Shown here: positions 59,018 to 64,000 of the stretch, in pieces
How the letters are laid out: the number at the start of each line of letters is the position of its first letter
Position numbering within the stretch: position 1 is the first letter of the stretch
Assembly: GCA_964291395.2 (NCBI GenBank)
Contig: OZ219857.1
Span: 32,001-96,000 of the forward strand
Source of the DNA: Alphaproteobacteria bacterium
Lineage (GTDB): Bacteria; Pseudomonadota; Alphaproteobacteria; UBA2966
Length of the DNA: 64,000 nucleotides
Direction of reading: 5' to 3'
The notes under the pieces: model-generated
What the model saw: the letters and a program-made list of their open reading frames with translations, nothing else
What the model was told of the DNA's origin: nothing
Database searches by the model: none
Position numbers and translations under genes: made by a program

Positions 59018-60469
59018 CTAGCTCGCCAGAGCCATTTCAATCGCTGCGGGTTCGCGTTTGGCCCGCAAGTACCGGTCAATGCTGGCTGCGGCGTCCCGGG
59101 CGTCACGAATGGCCCACACCACCAGGGACGCGCCCCGCACGATGTCGCCAGCCGCAAACACTCCGTCCATGCTGGTCATCATAGTGCGAAAGTCGATCTG
59201 GACCGTCCCCCATTGACTGACCGCGAGATCGGGTGCTCCGAACATCTCCGGGATGTCCTCGGGATCGAATCCCAGCGCGTTGATGGCCAAGTCGGCCTCG
59301 ACCACATGGCTTGAGCCCGACACCGGTCGCGGAGTCTGTCTTCCGCTGGAATCCGGCGAGCCCAGGCGCATCCGAATGGCGCGAACGCCTTCGAGCTTGT
59401 CATCTCCCATGAAGGCCTCGGGCGCCGTCAGCCAAACGAAGTCGACGCCTTCCTCTTCCGCATGCACCACCTCCCGCATGCTTCCCGGCATATTCTCCCG
59501 ATCGCGGCGGTAAAGGCACTTGACGGACCGTGCACCCTGACGCACAGCGGTCCTGACGCAATCCATCGCCGTATCGCCGCCGCCGATCACGACTACCCGC
59601 TTGCCATTCGCATCCAACGGACCCATATCGAACTGAGGCACCGCATCGCCGAGGCCCTTTCGATTCGATGCCGTGAGGTAATCGAGCGCCTGTTTGATTT
59701 CGGGAAGGCCCACGCCTGGGACCATCATTTCCCGCGACCGATATACGCCGGTGCAGATCAAGACGGCATCATGACGGGAACGCAGATCCGCGAGAGTGAC
59801 ATCGCGGCCGACTTCAAACTCAAGGTGGAACCGGATGCCGCCGTCACGGAGCAATTGCGCCCGGCGCTCGACGATACGCTTCTCCAGCTTGAATCCGGGA
59901 ATTCCGTATACCAACAGGCCCCCAACCCGGTCGTAGCGGTCATAGACGTCGACTTGATATCCTGCCTTCCTCAACTGCTCGGCGGCGGCCATGCCAGCCG
60001 GTCCGGCACCGACGATGCCAATGGACTGCGCCAGATCCTCGTTGGGCGTTGGCGGCTTCACCCAACCGTTCGCGAACGCGGTTTCGGTTATGTAGGTTTC
60101 CACGGAGCCGATCGTCACCGTGCCGTGTCCGGCCTGCTCGATCACGCAGTTACCTTCACAAAGACGATCTTGCGGACAGATACGGCCGCACACCTCCGGG
60201 AGGTTGTTCGTTCTGGAGGACAACTCGTACGCCTCCTCCATCCGACCTTCGACCGTGAGCTTCAGCCAGTCCGGGATGTGATTGTGGACCGGACAATGAA
60301 TTTGACAGAACGGGATGCCGCATTGAGAGCACCTGGAGGCCTGCCGAGCCGCCAAATCGGGTTGATAGGTTTCGAAGATCTCCCGAAAGTCGCGAACGCG
60401 CTTTTCCGCTTGCCGCTTTTCCGGCGTGCATCGCGCCACGTCTACGAAGCTCAACATCTGCTCCGTCAT
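59018..60469 (-). CDS. gltD: Glutamate synthase small subunit (copy 2, NADPH-type motifs)
   Basis: RCSQCGIPFC, GRICPQDRLCEGNC, GGGDTAMDC, CLYRRD and GDIVRGASLVVWAI. Confidence 0.95.
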   Translation of the reverse strand: MTEQMLSFVDVARCTPEKRQAEKRVRDFREIFETYQPDLAARQASRCSQCGIPFCQIHCPVHNHIPDWLKLTVEGRMEEAYELSSRTNNLPEVCGRICPQDRLCEGNCVIEQAGHGTVTIGSVETYITETAFANGWVKPPTPNEDLAQSIGIVGAGPAGMAAAEQLRKAGYQVDVYDRYDRVGGLLVYGIPGFKLEKRIVERRAQLLRDGGIRFHLEFEVGRDVTLADLRSRHDAVLICTGVYRSREMMVPGVGLPEIKQALDYLTASNRKGLGDAVPQFDMGPLDANGKRVVVIGGGDTAMDCVRTAVRQGARSVKCLYRRDRENMPGSMREVVHAEEEGVDFVWLTAPEAFMGDDKLEGVRAIRMRLGSPDSSGRQTPRPVSGSSHVVEADLAINALGFDPEDIPEMFGAPDLAVSQWGTVQIDFRTMMTSMDGVFAAGDIVRGASLVVWAIRDARDAAASIDRYLRAKREPAAIEMALAS

Positions 60470-60582
60470 GGAGCCGCTCCTGTCCGCATTCGTTGTTCGC
60501 CGATGTCCCCGACGGGCACCCGCGCATTCGCAAGACTGATACCCGATTACTCACGGGAACGCCAGCGAAACCCTGATTTTAA

Positions 60583-60681
60583 GTCATAGTTACTGACATA
60601 TGTGAATTGGCGAAATTCTACCCTTGATTCCAATAGGTTGCGAGACACGAGAATCATTATTCTAGTACCATTTTTGTACTA
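60583..60681. promoter_or_regulatory. Two palindromic operator candidates in the AT-rich gltD/uppP gap
   Basis: GTCA-N7-TGAC (60583-60597) and TAGTAC-N7-GTACTA (60663-60681). Confidence 0.45.
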
Positions 60682-60794
60682 TATGATTTCTTGGGTTGGT
60701 ACAGGGGGAGTGATATAAGCATTGGGCTCGATCGGCCTGCCGGAATCGTCCCACCCGAGGCGCAACCTCTCAGACACGTGGCTCACTCTCTACA

Positions 60795-61598
60795 TTGCTG
60801 ACATCTCTTCAGATCGCACTCCTCGCGTCCGTGCAGGGCATCACGGAGTTTCTGCCGATATCCTCTTCGGGACACCTGGCCCTGGTTCCGATATTGACCG
60901 GGTGGGCCGACCAGGGACTGCTGCTCGACATCGCGGTGCACCTCGGGACCCTGGGCGCGGTCATCGCCTACTTTTGGCGCGACTCGTGGACCGCGGTCAG
61001 AGGACTGTTTCGTCTGTTCGGCGGAAGTTCGTCACCCGATGCTCAGCTCGCAACCAACTTGATCGTCGCCACGATTCCGATCATCGGTGCGGGCGCGGTG
61101 GTGATCTACTTCGATCTTTCCGACCTGTGGCGAAACGCCGAAGTCATCGGCTGGAGCATGCTCGGCTTCGGCATCTTGCTTTATGCCGCCGACCGCCTGG
61201 GTATGACCGTGCGTCGCGTCGAGCACATGCGGGCCAGCGCAGCCCTGGTGATCGGCGTGGCACAAGTCGCAGCGCTCATACCCGGTACGAGCCGTGCGGG
61301 CATCACCATGACCGCCGCGCGCCTGCTCGGCTTCGAGAGAGGGGAATCCGCTAGGTTCTCGATGCTCCTCTCCATTCCGACGATCTTCGCGGCGGGACTC
61401 GTCAGCGTCTACGGCATCGCCAACTCTCAAGACCTGGCGCTTGGCCTGGACGCAATCATCGCAGCCGGGTGCGCCCTCGTTGCCGCCCTTCTCGCCATCG
61501 CACTACTCATGGCGTGGCTGCGCCGTCAGAGCTTCACCCCGTTCGTGATCTATCGTGTCGCCGTGGGAGCCGTCCTCTTGTACTGGGTGTATTTCTGA
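60795..61598 (+). CDS. uppP: Undecaprenyl-diphosphatase
   Basis: QGITEFLPISSSGHL, PGTSRAGIT and ARFSMLLSIP. Confidence 0.96.
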   Translation: MLTSLQIALLASVQGITEFLPISSSGHLALVPILTGWADQGLLLDIAVHLGTLGAVIAYFWRDSWTAVRGLFRLFGGSSSPDAQLATNLIVATIPIIGAGAVVIYFDLSDLWRNAEVIGWSMLGFGILLYAADRLGMTVRRVEHMRASAALVIGVAQVAALIPGTSRAGITMTAARLLGFERGESARFSMLLSIPTIFAAGLVSVYGIANSQDLALGLDAIIAAGCALVAALLAIALLMAWLRRQSFTPFVIYRVAVGAVLLYWVYF

Positions 61599-61681
61599 CG
61601 CCCGAACGAGAGCCACAGATTGTTCAGGCCGTCCGCTGGAATGCGCGGATGTTCGATCGGAGTCGCCGGACGCGACGACGG

Positions 61682-62647
61682 TCAGCTTGACGTCGGCGGC
61701 GTGCGCATGGCGCGGCGGCTATACCTCCCGAGATAGCGTGGAACGATGGCTTCGACGGAACTCGGAGTCATTCCAAGATTCGAGAATCCCAGGGCGGTGT
61801 CGGCGACCACGTTGTCCGTCGACAAGAGCACGAGCTGATCTCGTGTCAACGGCGGGACCGGAAGCAACTCGAGGAACAGGGCCTTGATCTTGGCAGCCCA
61901 GAAGGGGATCGGCACGAGAAGGCGCGGCCGTCCCGTTTGGCGGCAAATCAGCTTCATGATCTCCTTGTAGGAGTATGTCCGCGGGCCTCCCAACTCATAT
62001 GTCCTGCCCTCGCTCGCCACAACGTCCAATATCTTTACGATGGCGTCGGCCACGTCGCCGACATAAACCGGTTGCAGTCGACTGCTGCCGGCGTCAAGCA
62101 AACCGTGGCCAAAGATCGGCAGCACGGGAGACAGACGTGCCATCGCCGCGAAGCGATTGAAAAATTGGTCTTCGGCGCCGAATACGACGCCGGGACGCAC
62201 CACCGTGGCCGACGGAAACACCGCGGATACGCGCGCCTCACCTTCGGCCTTGGATAGGGCGTAGACGGACTCCGACGACGAGTCCGCGCCCAGGGCGGAG
62301 ACAAGAACCAGACGGCTGGCGCCGCATTCCACCGCCGCTTTGGCAACCCGTTCCGCACCCTCGACGTGGATGGATTGAAATGTTTGACGGCCACGGTTGT
62401 ACAGGACGCCCACAGAGAAAATCACCGCATCGGCACCCCGCACGGCAGACCTGACGCTGTCGTCGTCGCGAATGTCCGCAGACACGGGGACGATCTGTCC
62501 CACGTCGCCCATCGGTTTCAGGAACCGAGCGTTCTCCACATCCCGCACGGCGACGCACACGCGATCGCCCGCATCGGCGAGCCGCTTAACCAGGTATCGT
62601 CCGATGAAGCCGGACCCACCGAACACCGTTACCAGCCGATCGGCCAC
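61682..62647 (-). CDS. Complex I NDUFA9-family NAD(P)-dependent epimerase
   Basis: TVFGGSGFIGR, LKPMGDVGQ, YALSK and QPVYVGDVA; GTG 62647 with upstream GGGAG. Confidence 0.9.
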   Translation of the reverse strand: MADRLVTVFGGSGFIGRYLVKRLADAGDRVCVAVRDVENARFLKPMGDVGQIVPVSADIRDDDSVRSAVRGADAVIFSVGVLYNRGRQTFQSIHVEGAERVAKAAVECGASRLVLVSALGADSSSESVYALSKAEGEARVSAVFPSATVVRPGVVFGAEDQFFNRFAAMARLSPVLPIFGHGLLDAGSSRLQPVYVGDVADAIVKILDVVASEGRTYELGGPRTYSYKEIMKLICRQTGRPRLLVPIPFWAAKIKALFLELLPVPPLTRDQLVLLSTDNVVADTALGFSNLGMTPSSVEAIVPRYLGRYSRRAMRTPPTSS

Positions 62648-62805
62648 TTCCGCACTCCCCGTCCAGAGATCCGAGCCGCTAGTATTGTCGCCTTCAAAAC
62701 CTTCAGGCAAGCATCCTACTCGAGGTCTATGGATCCATCACTTTCGTGCAGAATATTGCGTCGTTGACATCGGCGGAACACGACGTTAACGACTGATGAC
62801 GCTGA

Positions 62806-62892
62806 GCCCAGGTGGCGGAATTGGTAGACGCGCTAGCTTCAGGTGCTAGTGGCCGCAAGGTCGTGGAAGTTCGAGTCTTCTCCTGGGCACCA
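62806..62892 (+). tRNA. tRNA-Leu(CAG)
   Basis: GCCCAGGTGGCGGAATTGGTAGACGCG-CTAGC-TTCAGGT-GCTAG...GTTCGAGTC...CCTGGGCACCA. Confidence 0.97.
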
Positions 62893-62935
62893 CCCGCCTC
62901 CCTCGAAGCGGTGTGCGACTACGCAAGGCGACATC

Positions 62936-63547
62936 ATGGCCATCGACGTCCATAAGGGTGATCTGCCTCCCGGTCTCGATTTCGGCGCCAGCGTCGCCGT
63001 CGATACGGAAACGCTGGGTCTGAACCCCAAACGTGATCGTCTGTGCGTCGTGCAATTGTCGGGGGGCGATGGAAACAGCCATCTTGTACAATTCGACCGC
63101 GACGAATTCGACGCGCCGAACCTCTCGGCATTGCTGACCGATCTCGACATTACGAAGATCTTTCATTTTGCCCGGTTCGATATCGCGGCGATTCGCCAGC
63201 ACCTGAACATCCTCTGCGCACCCGTATACTGCACGAAGATCGCGTCCAAGCTCGTCCGAACCTATACCGACCGTCACGGCCTCAAGGACCTGTGCCGGGA
63301 ACTCCTCAAGCTGGACCTCAACAAGCAGCAGCAATCCTCGGACTGGGGCGCCGAGACTCTCAGCAGGGAACAACTGGAATACGCGGCCGCGGATGTTCTG
63401 CATCTACACGAGCTGAAACGGTTGCTCGACGCGATGCTCGAACGCGAAGGCCGAACACATTTTGCCAATGCCTGCTTCGCATTTCTGCCGGTGCGCGCGG
63501 AACTCGACCTGGCAGGCTGGTCGGAAGAGGATCTATTCGCGCATTGA
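62936..63547 (+). CDS. rnd: Ribonuclease D-like 3'-5' exonuclease
   Basis: AVDTETLGL, KIFHFARFD, QSSDWG and YAAADV. Confidence 0.92.
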   Translation: MAIDVHKGDLPPGLDFGASVAVDTETLGLNPKRDRLCVVQLSGGDGNSHLVQFDRDEFDAPNLSALLTDLDITKIFHFARFDIAAIRQHLNILCAPVYCTKIASKLVRTYTDRHGLKDLCRELLKLDLNKQQQSSDWGAETLSREQLEYAAADVLHLHELKRLLDAMLEREGRTHFANACFAFLPVRAELDLAGWSEEDLFAH

Positions 63548-63679
63548 GACCGTTTTCTCGTCCGAGGTTCGACTATCATACGCACCGAGCGGGAGACATC
63601 GGTTCGCCAGTTTCGGTCGATGCATGCCGCAGTCGTGGACCGACGTTGATGGCGCCTGTCGGAACACCGGTTTGAAAGC

Positions 63680-64000
63680 ATGAACACCAAGCATGGCCCG
63701 GCTGCCGCAGACATCAAGGGCGAGACAGACCTCGGTGCCGCCAGGCGCGTGTTGGCGCTGGAAATCCAGGGCCTGGAAGCACTGAATCAAAATCTTGATC
63801 ACACCTTCACCGATGCCGTCGAAGCGATGGCCACCGCCGCTGGGCGCATCGTCGTGACCGGAATGGGCAAAAGCGGTCACATAGCTCGCAAAATCGCGTC
63901 CACGCTGTCCTCCATCGGATCACCGGCCCTCTACGTCCATCCGGGCGAGGCGGGGCATGGGGACCTCGGCATGATCGCCGATAGCGACGTTGTCGTCGCC
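63680..64000 (+). CDS. kdsD: KpsF/GutQ arabinose-5-phosphate isomerase, truncated by window end
   Basis: Manual translation: ...GRIVVTGMGKSGHIARKIASTLSSIGSPALYVHPGEAGHGDLGMI. Confidence 0.92.
   Translation, partial: MNTKHGPAAADIKGETDLGAARRVLALEIQGLEALNQNLDHTFTDAVEAMATAAGRIVVTGMGKSGHIARKIASTLSSIGSPALYVHPGEAGHGDLGMIADSDVVVA

Noticed and set aside
60795-61598. uppP oriented opposite to its neighbours as a possible inversion
   Set aside because: No flanking inverted repeats seen, and I cannot establish the ancestral orientation without comparative data.

Overview
GC-rich alphaproteobacterial (Rhodospirillales-like) chromosome segment. A DUF1640 coiled-coil gene and a WSATLTV/beta-barrel surface protein suggest a host-associated, possibly sponge-symbiont, organism (inference). 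The right part (~38.9-64 kb) is core housekeeping: lepA, pheST, rplT-rpmI, infC with an ATC start, thrS, queG, an fzlA-like GST, NADPH-type gltDB, uppP, tRNA-Leu, rnd and kdsD. The left part, up to tRNA-Ser, is accessory metabolism. It holds catabolic enzymes, aceA with a RamB/ScfR regulator, ilvA, a decayed insertion hotspot (IS110 and IS4 remnants, vapBC between 24-bp direct repeats, an internally deleted surface protein), a second NADH-type gltBD with one frameshift coupled to a PuuD-like gene, and an orphan soxYZ-soxE-soxF-yeeE module. The best candidate for an uncharacterised system is a LysR-controlled, translationally coupled trio: a degenerate M19 'dipeptidase', a 569-aa unknown protein and a DUF3726 protein. 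No CRISPR array, integrase or intact transposase was seen. All family calls come from motif recognition by eye; no database searches were run.
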